From positions 20,088,001-20,152,000 of the forward strand of contig NC_092674.1 in assembly GCF_964355755.1 (NCBI RefSeq): DNA of 64,000 bases. Reading direction: 5' to 3'. Made by a program: the position numbers and the translations under genes. This DNA comes from Antedon mediterranea. Taxonomy: Eukaryota; Animalia; Echinodermata. The notes below the pieces were generated by a model that was given only the letters and a program-made list of their open reading frames with translations, was not told the DNA's origin and searched no databases. Below are positions 37,796-51,139 of the stretch, in pieces (position 1 is the stretch's first letter; each line of letters begins with the position of its first letter).

Positions 37796-40700
37796 TTTCA
37801 ATTCTCAATTCAAAAGACATTTATTTTCCTCCATAGCAATACAATACAAAATAATAAACAGAAATGGTAAGGTATATTAAAAATGAAATAGATGATTGTT
37901 GGATATACAAAAGAAAAGTGAATTTAAGAAAATTGGCTATGGAGGAAGGCATAATCCCAAAAAAGATGAGGAAATCTTGTGCTGGGTATGCCTATACAAA
38001 TAAAATGGATAAAAAGAGTTGAAATTAAGAGAAACAAACAAGACAAAAAACGCACACAAAAGGGGAAAAAAAGAAATAATAATAATAAATAAATAAATTT
38101 AAAAAAATAGATCAATCAAATTGTAGAATCAGAAAATAAAACTCAAAAACCACAGTAGATCAATGTTCAGCAGCATAAATCAAATTGCGACATTCGATCG
38201 TTGACTTTTTAATAGTTTGATATTAGGTGTTGTTTTAATTTTATGGAAAATAAAGAAATTGAAACAGCATTTGTAATTGGGGGTGGTAAACTGTTCATCA
38301 TTGATGGACCAGAGTATCTAATACTGTTTTGAAAATAATTGGTGTTGTGGATAGGTATGTGTATATCAGTTCTAGAACGTGTAGGGTAATTTTGAATAGA
38401 AAAATTCGGAATAAACATATTGTTTAAATGATTTGGAGAAGTGGAATGCAGGGCAGAGAATACAAATTTGCCTTGTTGCATTAAGTTTATATCAATGAGT
38501 TTGAGGAGATTAAGTTTGGAAAATAAATGGGAAGAATGGAACCGCGGTGGAGCGCCAGATATAATCCTGATAGCCTTCTTTTGTATAATTTGCAGTTTAC
38601 TGAGGTTGGATACGTAAGTATTGGCCCAGACAATGTTACAGTAGCTCAAATAGGGAAGAATGAGGGAGCAGTAAAGGGTTCGAAGAATATTAAGGGTTAC
38701 AAATGAGGATAACCTAGATATGATACCAACGCTTTTGGAAGTCTTATTCTCTACTTCTTTAATATGATTTTTCCACGTAAGATTGCTGTCCATAACTACA
38801 CCTAACAACATAGCTGATTGTACACAAGGTATATCCTGGTTGTCAATGGTAATTTTGTTGGCTGATAAGTGAATAGATTTTAATAGTTGTGGGGTCCCAA
38901 AAAGGATGAAGCTATATTTTTTATGATTAAGAGAAAGTTTATTAGCTGCAAAATATTGGGACAAATTGATCAAATTGGAGTTGACAGTATTAAATAAGGA
39001 TTGGACATTTTTGTTAGAATAAAGTACTGTAGTGTCGTCAGCATAAAGGAAAAAAATTAGGAGCTTTGAAGAGAAGTGAATATCATTGATGTATAGAATA
39101 AATAAGAGGGGGCCAAGTAGAGATCCTTGAGGGACGCCGCATGTGATAGCAGGGAAAATTTTCATTAAACAATTTTGTTTAGCAATATTGCTAATCAAAC
39201 TGATTTTTAAGTCGAGAAACATAGTTTTGTATTGTATTTTTTGCTACACAATTTTCAAAATGTGTAGCAATAAGGTTGTTTTGTATAGCTTTTTGCTACA
39301 CTACACTGGCGAAAATGTTCCCTGGTGATAGGACTAAAAGTGGATATGGAGTGAGAGTATTTGGTACATTGGGCACGATTGGAGAGGTAACTATTTATTT
39401 ACATAAAATGCCTATGTTTTATGAGAGTATGTTGAAAGCATGCATAAAGTATAATAATTGCTGTAAAAGAAGTGTAGACACATATGATGATAATTATAAT
39501 GAATGAACAGTTGTGGGGTAATAAGTTAATACACCTTAAAAACCAATCACTATGTTATAAACATTGGATTGAATGTGGCATTATTTTAGTGAAGGATATT
39601 ATAAAAGAAAATAGATTCATAACTTCAAAAGAATTGTTGGTAAAATTAAAGTTCAAAGCAAACTGGTTAAATGAATACATGTGCTTATTAAAAGCGATAC
39701 CAATACAATGGAAAACGATAATCAAATACGAGGAAAATTGTTATTATAATATAACAGAAAATGTCATTAAGAATAGATATAAGGACATCACAACAAAGAG
39801 TATTTATCTCTGTTTTGTGGAGGAAATTTTTGTCCCTCCGGTTTGTCAAGGAAAATGGGAAAAATATTTTCATAATTTGAATATTGATTGGAAGTCATGT
39901 TGGTTATCTAAAGTTTGTAAAATGAAAGATAAAAAATTAATACAAACAAAAGGTTGTTTAATATCTGGAAACTAAAAGATACTAATATATGTGGTAGATG
40001 TGGAGAGGTACAAGATGAGGAGCATATGTTTTTTACTTGTAAATTTATTCAAGGTTTTTGGACAAAAATAGAGATTGTTTTAAAAGGTACCAATCATATA
40101 AACATGTCTTTTCAAAATCTGGTAATTGGTACAAGAAATATTCTTACTGATTTTATATATACATTTCCTGCTTTCACGGTTTATAAACAAAAGATACTCG
40201 CTGATGTTACAAATAAAAGTTATTTTAACTTATGGAAATCTTTTAAACAAGGAATTCTATTCAGAATGGAATGTGATATAGTGTGTAAAAGAGAGGAAAG
40301 CATAACAAAATGGGAAAAAGTAAAAAATATTATTTTAGCAATGTAAAATTGTATAATTGTTAAACAATAACAGGCTAAAAACACGAGAAAATATTATTAC
40401 GACACAATACTTAGTATTCTAGTATGGTTTCTACCTTACTAGTTTTATTTACTGGTGCTATATGAGTTACAGTATATTTTATTTTGTGATGTTGTAATGG
40501 CAATTGTGAACCTATATTATGTGATGTATATTTTTATATAACTTTTGTCTATTTTCTAAATGCTTTAACTTTTTATATATGTAAAATACTAAAAATAAGA
40601 AAAACAAAAAAAACTTTAAGCTGCAGAGATAGTTTTATACTGAAACAAAATTGATATAGATTACTGTAACAAATGTAAAGAATGAAATAAAAGTGAGTGA

Positions 40701-41640
40701 ATCTCACAAAAGACAAAAAAAAAAACACTATTTAAGAGATTAATTGCTGATCCACGGATTCCATAGTGAGATAATTTGTGTAGAAGAATACTGTGGTCAA
40801 TAGTATCAAAAGCCTTGGAAAGGTCTATGAAAATGCCGATTGCAAGATGGCGGTTTTCGAAAGCGTCTATAATTTTATTTGTCAGGTCGATGAGAGCCAT
40901 TGACGTGTTGTGTCCCATTCGTATTGTCTGTTGAAAAGTATGTTGAATTTGGTAATAAATGAAAATATTCGGTCATAAATGACTCTTTCCAGGGCTTTTG
41001 AAAAAATGGATAGAATGGAGATGGGTCGATAATTAGAGAGATCAGATTTTGGACCAGATTTGTATATAGGGGTAACGCGCGCTAGCTTCATCCTCTCTGG
41101 GAACACACCGCTGGATAAAGCAAGACTAAAAATATGACACAGAGGAAGGGAAATCAGGTCAGCAATGTATTTAATGGTCTTGGTATGAAAGTCATCAATA
41201 CCTGGAGATTTATTATTTTCAAAAGAAGTTATTATTTTGACTATTTCAGACTCATCAACTGGGTTAAGAAATATGAATTTGGATTTGGTAAGAATTCTTT
41301 GAATGATTTGGTAGCATGGGGAATTTGGTTTGCAAGGGTGGGGCCAATTTTGACAAAGTATTTATTAAACGCATTGGAAATTTTCTCCTGATCTTCGGTC
41401 AATTCGCCATCGCAGTTAAAGGGAGTATTGGATTGTTGATTGCTGTTGTTTTTGTTAATCAGAGAATTAATTGTCTTCCAAGTTGCCTTGATATCATTTT
41501 TATGTTTGTGAAATATATTTTGGAAGTAATTAGCTTTAGAAATTTTGATTACAGAATTCAATTTATTGCGGTATAGTTTATAAGCTTTTTCATTTATGGG
41601 AGTCGGACGGTGAAGAAATTTGGCATATAATTTCTGCTTA
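37796..41640 (-). mobile_element. 5'-truncated CR1/L2-group LINE inserted in the cGLR pseudogene
   Basis: NYRPISILS, IDLSKAFDTIDH, CGVPQGSLLGPLLF, YADDT and YCNIVWA, with a TTGAA-type 3' tail at ~37800. Confidence 0.88.
39160..40727 (+). mobile_element. 3' fragment of an L1/Tx1 LINE nested in the CR1/L2-group LINE
   Basis: NEQLWGN, KAIPIQWK and CGRCGE..DEEHMFFTC, an AT-rich 3' UTR and an A tail at ~40716-40725. It splits the host RT. Confidence 0.8.
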
Positions 41641-42123
41641 TATTTAAAGGTATATTTTTATGGAATTCTAATTCATCTGAATGTGAAATAAACGGTCTAT
41701 CTGTAACACAGAAACATACGTTGGGTCTGCAACAGAAATGCATGACAAAGTATTTTGCTGTTCATGTGACTCATGACCATCTAGTACTGCCGAATATTTT
41801 ACTAGAGAGAAGCGAAGTAACTGGCCATCACAAGATACATGAACTTGTATTTTAAATATTTTGAATTTGTTATTAGTTGTTAATTATATACAGTCATTGT
41901 AAATTTGAATTCCTAGAAAAAACTTATAATTTACATTATTAATTGTTTAAAAATGTACACATTTTGCATTTTTTTCTGTTTATGTATAAAGACTTTGTTT
42001 TATTTGGAATAAATATTGAAATGAAAATGTAACTTTGTTAAATCCAAACCATTAAAATGTTTCTAATGTGAACATAGGTTATTTGATTGTGAATATGTCG
42101 TATGATAAGAGGTTGTATTTCAG

Positions 42124-42560
42124 ATGCGGCTCTCCTTGCTATCCCATTGCAAAATACAAGAGGGACTGTTTTGCAAATCTAACAAACATCATAATCTTCT
42201 CCATAACCCTGATTCTTCAGTCAATAATAATGCAGCTATTTGTGGCAGCCAAGTATTCTCGATAATGCTTTCCGCCACTGTAACCGCCGCAAATGGGAAA
42301 GTACCATTGCTTTGCTTGATAGCGGTTCTGACACCAGCTTATGTAGCGAGGAACTACTACAGAAAAACATATAGGTTGCGCAGGTAGATCAGTGTCATTA
42401 CACCTCATCCACAATAAATGACGATAAATCGTGAAAAAAGAGGGGTCGGTTTTTGATCTTATGATTCAAGCCATAAATAAATCCTATTCTATTAACGTTA
42501 CGTTGCTTTCAGTTCCTAACCTTCCTAATTATGGCAAATAAACCTAGTAGGCTGGGGACC
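42124..42560 (+). mobile_element. BEL/Pao gag-protease fragment
   Basis: C..KHHNLLH knuckle end followed by (frameshifted) LLDSGSDTSLC. Confidence 0.65.
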
Positions 42561-42961
42561 TAGTACAGCCTAGAAGAAACGCCTGTTTCAAATGTGGAAA
42601 AATTTGAAAGTTTGCAAGAAACTGCTATCAGGCCAAAAATCACCCCACACAAGACTAGTAGGCCTACCGGTAACACATCAAAAAGTTCACTCCGAGCATC
42701 ATACCCAATTCCAGCCACAAGGCTCTTTTCAACTACAACAGTTTGTCTGACCATGATATCCTACAAATCAACAAGCAAGCCGAGCTAAAGCAGCTGCTGC
42801 CAGCCTTCAACCTTCTTAGAGAAACAGGTAGCGAAAGACGCCCGAAATGTGCAAGGTGCAGTGACGTCAATCCGGCTGATGATGCAGGACAAGTAAATTT
42901 ATATATATTCACTGAAATTATATAGAAGAAGCATTGTCTTTTGAGTTTAACGGAGTTCGTG

Positions 42962-44575
42962 TAATTAGGTGATCATTTAGAATAAAATGATCACCTATTG
43001 TTATTGTATGAAATCTTTATTCTTCTCTTTCTTATTATTTATTTCTCTCTGTACAAATTTGTGTAACAAATATCTCAAAAAGTTGAAAGGCAACGATCAC
43101 AAAAATTTCACAATGTCTTTCAAATACTTTAACTTAGCCATAATAAGCTTTTCAGCGTGATCACTCAACCGTGATGTCATTAATACGCGATTTTGTGAAA
43201 TTACACTATCAATCATATCTCGATAACTCTTTATTACATATCAATAAAATTCACTATACGTAAAGTTCAGGTGAAGGGTAAAAACATTATCAAATAAAAA
43301 CTTACGTGTTACAAGGTCATCCACGTGAAATTGCGTATTTAAAATTTAAAAAGCTCAAAATTGAGTTTTGATCAATTTAGGGCATGAATTAGGCCATTTG
43401 CGTGTTCCTAAAAATTACTGCGCAAAAACACGTTTTTGCGCGCGCGTTACTTAAAAAGCGTAAAAAATAAAATTTGATGTATAAATCCCATTTTACGCAC
43501 CATCCTTAGTACATTCACCGTTTTTTAGTCCATTTAGACCTAAAATAACGCTATACGAGCACGTTAAAAATGACAAAATGCGCACATTAGGCCTAATTGT
43601 ACAAAAGTGCTAAAAATGGTAAAAAGTAGGGCCTTTTTAAAATGAATATAATTCTTCAGAATGGAAGATGACCCCCAATTTTTTTAACTTAATATGAAAG
43701 CAAATGAGTTGTAGATATAAATGTATATACATATTAGACGTACAAAATGATATGACGTCATCAAAAGGCCACTTGAATTAAAAAATTAGTAATTTTTATC
43801 TTTTTGTGTGGGTTATCACATTCAATAGAGCGCATCTCCGTTATTTGAACCCAATTTTCGCACAAATTTTAGTATGTGCTTGCTCAATTAATTAACTTTC
43901 TCATGAGTTGTCAACATTTTCATTTTGATGACGGCATCATGCGTAAAAACCTGAATAACCTAGGTCGTGTATTTTCAGCTACACCATACATTTGAATATC
44001 TTACAGCTCTTCAGAATTAAAGGTGACCTTGAAGATTATAATTTATTATAAAAGCTGATGAAATGTAGATATGAATTCATATAAAAATTAGGCCTATCGG
44101 ATGTTGTGACATTATGAAATGGTCAGTTGAAGTTAAAAAGTAGTTTTTTTCTCTCTTTCGTCAAATTTATACAAATTTCAAAGAGCGCGCATTGCGCTTC
44201 TACGTGTCAAATTCTCTTCCAATCCGTATATTTATTTGCTCAATTCATTATCTTTCGAAATTGTCATCTTGGAGTTTATTACGATAATTCCATCATACCA
44301 AAAAATTAGAACATGATGTGGGTCCCATAATTTCACCTATGCTACACTGTATATAGATATACAGTATACACTGTACATATTGTATATGACACTCGGACAC
44401 ATAATAGGTACAACTCAGCACTATAAGTGTATATGCATCATGTCATAGGATGGCGTACATCAACTTTTTACGATCGCATGTTAACGTACATGCATGTTTA
44501 AAAAATGTTAATTTCATTAAAATGATAAAAATTATCACCTATAATTCGTCAAAGTGACAAATTAAATTCTAGTTT
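42962..44575. mobile_element. Non-autonomous interspersed element, Helentron/HINE-like
   Basis: 5' hairpin TAGGTGATCATTT...AAATGATCACCTA followed by TTATT/TCT simple sequence. The 3' end repeats ATCACCTAT followed by a short stem-loop (TTCGTCA..TGACAAAT). Confidence 0.45.
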
Positions 44576-44796
44576 TAAAGTAATTTTTTTCAATTGGATG
44601 TTAGGTTTAATCTCAATAATTATGGTAGACCTACAATGTGAAATATATTTTATTGTGCATTGTTATTAACGAATAATCTAAATAAAACAAAATATATGTC
44701 ATTTGTTCAATTTCAATTCGCTTTCAATAGATTGGACAAAATGAACGAAGAACTTATGAAGCAAATAGAAGCAAATAGAGTGCTTGAGATTTTCTT

Positions 44797-44982
44797 GAGG
44801 CAGCTGAGAATTCAGACATAGAAATTGAGTGCCTAAAGAGGCAGCTGAGAATTCAGACATAGAAATTGAGAGCCTAAAGAGGCAGCTGAGAATTCAGACA
44901 TAGAAATTGAGGGCCTTAAGAGGCAGCTGAGAATTCAGACATAGAAATTGAGGGCCTTAAGAGGCAGCTGAGAATTCAGACA
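44797..44982. repeat. 41-bp tandem repeat, ~4.5 copies
   Basis: GAGGCAGCTGAGAATTCAGACATAGAAATTGAG.. at 44797, 44838, 44879, 44920 and 44961. Confidence 0.92.
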
Positions 44983-45339
44983 GTGCAATCCAAGAAAATG
45001 TTCTCAGAAAATCAAGCATCGAGCAGTAAAAAAAAACTGTTGAGCCCGAATCGGAAATTGACGTGGGCCTCTCTGAAATCACTTTTTTAAAACCCACTGA
45101 AAGCAATGAAGATTTGTTGTTAGCGTTGGATACATCAAAACCATTAACTCTAAAAGAGGAAAAAGAGTAGGTCTAAATATGATAGAAAATAGAGAAAATA
45201 AAGCTTTTTTAAATTGAAATCGTGTGCTCAGCATTTTTTTTATTCGTTCTTGTTGGGCAATGAAGGTTTCAGACTGCCATTTCGTTGAAGATAACTGCTC
45301 ATTTCTTTATAATAAAATGAGCACTAAAGAAGAGAAAGG

Positions 45340-45780
45340 ATTACATGTATACTGGACCGGCAGAAACCTTTAGAGAAATGGAATGACACCGAACTTTATA
45401 TGAGATTTCGGATGAACGGTGCTGGTCTGAGAGAGCTAACGGATTTACTATTAGCCGATTTAATATCAGCAACCCAACGGAATCAGCCAGTACCACCACC
45501 AATTTTGCAAGTGTGCACTGTGTTAAGATTATATGCGACCGGGATCCTTCCAAAGTGTTTGTGCAGATATAAGTGAAATTTCACAGACAACTGTATGTCG
45601 AAATATTTGACGGGTAACTATTTCTATAATTCAAACGGTATTTCCAAGAGTTGTAGGAAACAATGCGGACATTTTTCGAATTTAGCAGGAGTTCTATGAA
45701 ATATCAGGATTTCCTGGAATCGGTAGTAGATGGAACCCATGTCAAAATACAATCTCCTTCCGAACATGAAATTATCTGCC
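45340..45780 (+). mobile_element. PIF/Harbinger transposase remnant
   Basis: Frameshifted LQVCTVLRLYATG-SFQSVCADISEISQTTVCR and GFPG...VDGTHVKI. Confidence 0.75.
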
Positions 45781-46049
45781 AAAAAGGATAAAAATATGAA
45801 GTCATAAAAGAACATAGGTTATGCATCAAGTGCCTAAAGCCAAATTGCAAATCCAAAGGTGTGTCCCTAAAGGAACCTCCAGCAGCATCGTCACAGAAGC
45901 CTTCAGCAGTTCCGGACAGATATGGTTAACAATAAGTGTACCAGAGTTTGTGGTCAGAAAAATCATTGAAAATCCTGCGCAAAAATATGTCTTGCAAAGG
46001 TGTACCACACAAGTAATGCTGGTAATATCATTACCACATATTTATTGAT

Positions 46050-46920
46050 CAACGACCAAAGTGATTGATTATTAGTGGTAAACTTATAGATGGTCTGAAC
46101 TTACGATACGAATCACACGTTTACATGATAAAGACTGTTGGGGGCCATCAAGAAGTTGATGGAAGAAATGTTTTTAGACAGTGTCATCGAAAGCCTGGAC
46201 GGAACAGTTTCGATCCCTGTTCCAACTCTGTTCGAATGTAGTCTCTGGCAACGTGTCTGAATATTCTACTCCAGATGCTGCCAAACCATTGAACCACCTT
46301 TGAAGAAAGACGCTGATGTTTTGATTCTGCTGGGAAGAGATGCTCCTCAATACCACAAAGGGAAGTCATCAACGGAGAGGATTAGGAACCCTGGCCACAT
46401 CGCTTAGATATTGGCTGGGTTGTGATTCGACAAAAATCTGACAAGGCAGAAACAGTCCATCAGTACCTACTACACTTAACTAACAGATGGGCGAAATTCG
46501 GCCAACTTTCAATCTTGCGAAAATTCGGTAGAAATATGTCAATATGACTCAATTTACTTTTGATCTCGCATCATTTACCCCAATCAACTTTTCATGAAGA
46601 CTTTTCTAGGTTTAAAATTGGAGTACCTACAATAACAACAGTAAGCAAGATCAGCTAGACTCTTAAAGCTAAAGTTGAAAGCAATGTCGGAGAGCAAATT
46701 TACAGTGGCGCTGTAGATGTATTGATTGGTGTAAACTATGGCTATATACACACATGAGAAACCAAAGTATTAAATCGATATGTGACAAGAAAGTCACCAT
46801 TAGGATAGTACTATTTGGCTCGGAAAGCAACAGCAGTCTGCAGAACCAGTCTGTTATGTTTATTAAGTTAGCTCAGACGGTGAATGGGGTATGACCACAA
46901 AACTGTGCCTGCAAGCCCTT
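46050..46920 (+). mobile_element. Two adjacent BEL/Pao post-protease fragments
   Basis: ADVLILLGRDAP..LDIGWV, then VDVLIGVNY..KSPLG. Confidence 0.5.
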
Positions 46921-47860
46921 TGATAAACCTACAGTATCCTAACACCTCGATGATCGGAGACAGTATAGAGAAATGAGGATCAACTTTTAATTGGCTGATG
47001 GTTTCACTGAAATAATATAGAAGAAGCGTTTAGGCACATTTTAAATCAGTATAAAAAACGCATTGAAGTTTAACAGAGTTAAACAACTGTTGATTCTGTG
47101 ACGTTGGCCTCTCTAAAGTCACTTTTTAAAACCCACTAAAAGCGAGAAAGATTTTTTGTTCGCGTTGGATACACCAACACCATTAACAATTTATTATTTA
47201 GAGCAATAGAAAGGCCAGCCAGAAACAAAGAAAGTCCCACAAGGGGACACAAGCTGTATTGACTGTGGGAAAAAGAATCATTTGAAAAGCTCAGAAGTAT
47301 GCAAATGAAAGGTAAATGTACTGCACAGAAGTTTGGTTTGTTAGTAGCATCCAGGCATATTTTTTAGCACCCGATTCTGCTACTGTCCACAGGTGCTATC
47401 TGTAAAACTATAGCAAGTTATACACGTTGCTGTCTGCTATAAATGCTGTACTTTTAACACACGGTACACTGTCTGTAGCACAGTGTGTGTTGACAATTTA
47501 CAATGATGTACAACCATAGGCAGGTTTTCGTACTGCCATGCAAGAATGGGTAGGTGTTTTCCGCCGCTTTTAGGCCTTCTAGTCAATTATTGTTATTATT
47601 ATACGAAGTAATTAGTCTAGTAGCTCATCTACCTTTTTAGCAGGGCATAATGAATATTGTAGCTAGGCTAGGCCTACTAGTCTAGCGGGAAATCAACCAA
47701 TTATTTGGTTGGATACGAGTTTAGGGTAGGAAGTTAAGTACGAGTTGGCATGGGTACGAGTCGACCAGGGGTGAATCGACCAGAGTACACCCGGCCGCCC
47801 TACTAGAGCATAGGCTACAGGCCTGCAGGAATGGGAAATCTGTCCTAGCTATAGGCATAG

Positions 47861-48932
47861 AGGTGTCACGAAACCTAAGACCACGAAAGCTAAGACCCCC
47901 TAAGACCTAAGATCACGAAAGCTAAGACCCAAGACTTAAGATTACAAATTCTAAGGTATACTACAGCTTAAAAACAATACTTGTTTATCCATACATAATT
48001 TTAAACACAGTAGGTTTCATTTATTACCATAAATATAATTTAATAACTACCGCAAAACATAGACAAACTCACATTATTTTCGCACGTTGAGTAAATGTAT
48101 ATTTTTTCTTTACAACAAACAAACTTGACGGGTTGTTTGTTGGTATATATTTACTCCAATGTGTTGGTTTAGAGGATGTTTTTCTTACGCACCTGCCTTT
48201 CTTGTATTTTGACTCCAAATTTGTTGACTAACTTTATCCTGAATACCACACTTTAAAATTAGGACTTATAAGTACTTTCAGAAGGAGAAACACATAATAA
48301 CAAATAAATAAATCCTTTAAATTGATGATTTTACAGACGTGTTTCTTTGTATACTGTAATGTAACTCCTCGAGCTCCCCATGCTCAATGTTTTTGTTTCT
48401 ATGGAGCGCCAAAAGAGCAACAATAATAGTACACGTATAAAAACAGAAAGAAAACGAAACAAAAAAACTTATCATGATTTTTAAGTTAAAATTTATTTGC
48501 CAGTATTTATTTCTTCGTACTTGCATGATTATACTATTATCATTACAATTTTAATTTTACATTGTTCCATCCACACTGTAGATGGACTCCACAGAGTTTT
48601 CAGCCCTCTATATAATATTTGCTCTTTTGACGTTCCATAGAAACAAAAAAATTGAACATGGGGTAGGCCTACTAGTGTAGGCTAGTCATTTTGTGTGCGA
48701 GAAAAACGTCTGTAAAATCATCAATTTAAAAATGTATTTGTTACTTTTTATGTGATTCTTTTTCATGAAAGTGCCAATTCTAAGGTGTGGTATTCAGAAT
48801 AAATGTTGGGAGTTAAAATACAAGGCAGGTGCAAAAGATAAATATTTGTAATCTTAGGTCTTGGGTCTTAGCTTTCGTGATCTTAGGTCTTAGGGGGTCT
48901 TAGCTTTCGTGGTCTTAGGTTTCGTGACACCC
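47861..48932. mobile_element. Non-autonomous TIR element (Mutator-like) with 9-10-bp TSD, containing a nested MITE (~48185-48835)
   Basis: About 90-bp near-perfect TIRs (GGTGTCACGAAACCTAAGACCACGAAAGCTAAGACC...), with ATAGGCATAG on both sides (47851-47860, 48933-48942). Confidence 0.85.
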
Positions 48933-51139
48933 ATAGGCATAGGCCTACATTGGGACGCCCAAAAAAGCCATCCTATTAGCATAAAAAGGCCTCGTAGAGC
49001 CAGAAATGTTAACATATACTACACAGTACTAGTACGTCTACCATTTATTATAGTTCCATGGTACTACGGATCACTACTATCTAGGTCTAGGCTAGGGTAG
49101 GGTTCCAGTAATTTCGGTCGCGTTTTTTCAGGAGGGCATGTGAGAGGTGAGGTAGGTTAGCCCAGCTATGCTAAACTAACATGTAAGTAGTATTCTACCA
49201 TGGGATGGGAACGAGTCGGCATGGGGGTACGGGTTGATCTTTATCCGTATTCTAGGGTGCTGGTCAACCCGTAACGTACCCATGTCAACTCGTACCAAAC
49301 TTGGCTAACTCGTACCCAAATAATTGGTCAACTCGTACCAATAGCTTTATAGCTTTATTGATAGCTGGGTTCAAATCTAGGTTGGGACGGTTTTTTCTCA
49401 TTCTAAAACAGATTTCCTTATAATAAAATAATATCGACCTATGAATTTAACTGTAATATTGTATTGTATACATAATATTAGTAGTAATAGTAATTCCCAT
49501 TGCATTTATTATTATAATATATTTTACGGTTACCCCTTAATTATACTATAGTATAACTTCCTTGTTATATTTTACAATATTTTCTTCATAATTCAACAAT
49601 TTTTTTTCACAGCTAATTATCAAACTGAATCATCACACACCAAATCTCATGAAATCTCTAGTGTATTTCTCCAAGCTAATCCAGCTACATGGTATTGCCT
49701 TGAGGCTAAACTACACTGTATACTGGGCACTACCATCATTCCTGGCCCGTCAACCTGGACCACATTATGGTCCAACACAGTCGTGTACTACTGATTCCAA
49801 ATAGTGAATTACATCCTGTGGTCAAGGATTTATTTGCACTTATGCTTATTTCCTCCAACATACAGAGTACGTAGGGCTTTTAATTTGCTTTTATACCTGT
49901 TAATTAAAAAATCGTTTATGCCTAAAGATAAAATTTAGACTGTAAATACTGGGATGATCACCCTAAATTTTCTTTTTCATTTAACAATTTTATATTTCAC
50001 AGCCAGAAAAAAGCATACAGAGTTTTTTTTATTCATAACTGTTGAATTGCATCCCAATACATGGTACCTATTGGTATTATATCTATAAATATAAAGTACT
50101 CTCTTATAAATAGATGTATCTCTCCAAACTACTCCAACTACCTAATCTAATAATAGTACTATTAGCATACTACTGTACACTTTGTAGACAAGAAATAAGT
50201 TGTATCCACCTAGAGGACTTATGGTAGTACTGTACAGTCGATCGTCCTCTCACTGGCCTGGTCAACATAAATCTATGCCTAGATTATTACAGTAATTAAA
50301 AAGTACATTATTACAGAGATTTTTTTTTTTTTGCAGAAATCAAAGTTATGTGTATAGAAAGCAGTACTCGTATTAAAAACTAAGCAGGTTGTACTGAACG
50401 CAAACTGGCAGGATATTTTGAATATTTTTTGTTCATTTTCCACGAACTGGAGACAAAGACATATTACGACCCTTTTATTTAAATTTATTTGGATAGACCT
50501 CCATGTAAATTCATTAAAGGCTATATGATTGTTTTATATTTTAATAATGTGATAGTAGAAAACCATTGTGCATAATGAGGACTATGAATCTAATATCTAC
50601 TTGCATTCTCATCTTTTTAACATTTTATTTATAATGCTGGTAATGAATTTACTATTGAAAAGGTCATGTTTCCACTTATCTCAAATGTTGGCACCCACCT
50701 CTAACCTTCGTAGAACTGACTGTGTTCTACATGAGTACATATAGTAGTGTTTCCACCAGACTACTTCAACCTGGTAATTGAATAAATTTCATTGGAGTAA
50801 CATTTAAACTAATTATCACCTTTAACATAAAGTATCCTCCTGAAACATGTATTTGTACTGTACTTCATCTAATATCCATTACTTAATACTAATTTATGTG
50901 ATTTATGTCTAACTTCAGGAATGATCTGAGGCTAGAAGAACGAATTTCTGTACACATATAAAAAATAAACCAATGTTTTCCTAATAATTTAACCCCTAGG
51001 TTGATAACTAACAAAGAAATTATTGAAATTATGTTCTCACAATATATAGGTGTACTGTATCTACATATGCATGCTGCTGTACTTGTTTTTAACCGCATAA
51101 TGGCATTGAAAACAAGAATGTTTTATAATTATTATTAAG

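Larger units (their letters stand above)
37101..41838 (+). pseudogene. Disrupted cGLR paralog: 319-bp 5' tandem duplication (ATGs 37101, 37420), frameshifts, LINE insertion, remnant at 41650-41838 with a stop codon
   Basis: cGLR homology at 37420-37795 resumes at ~41650 (TCTAATTCATCTGAATGTGAAATAAA...TCATGA...AACTGGCCATCA). Confidence 0.88.
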
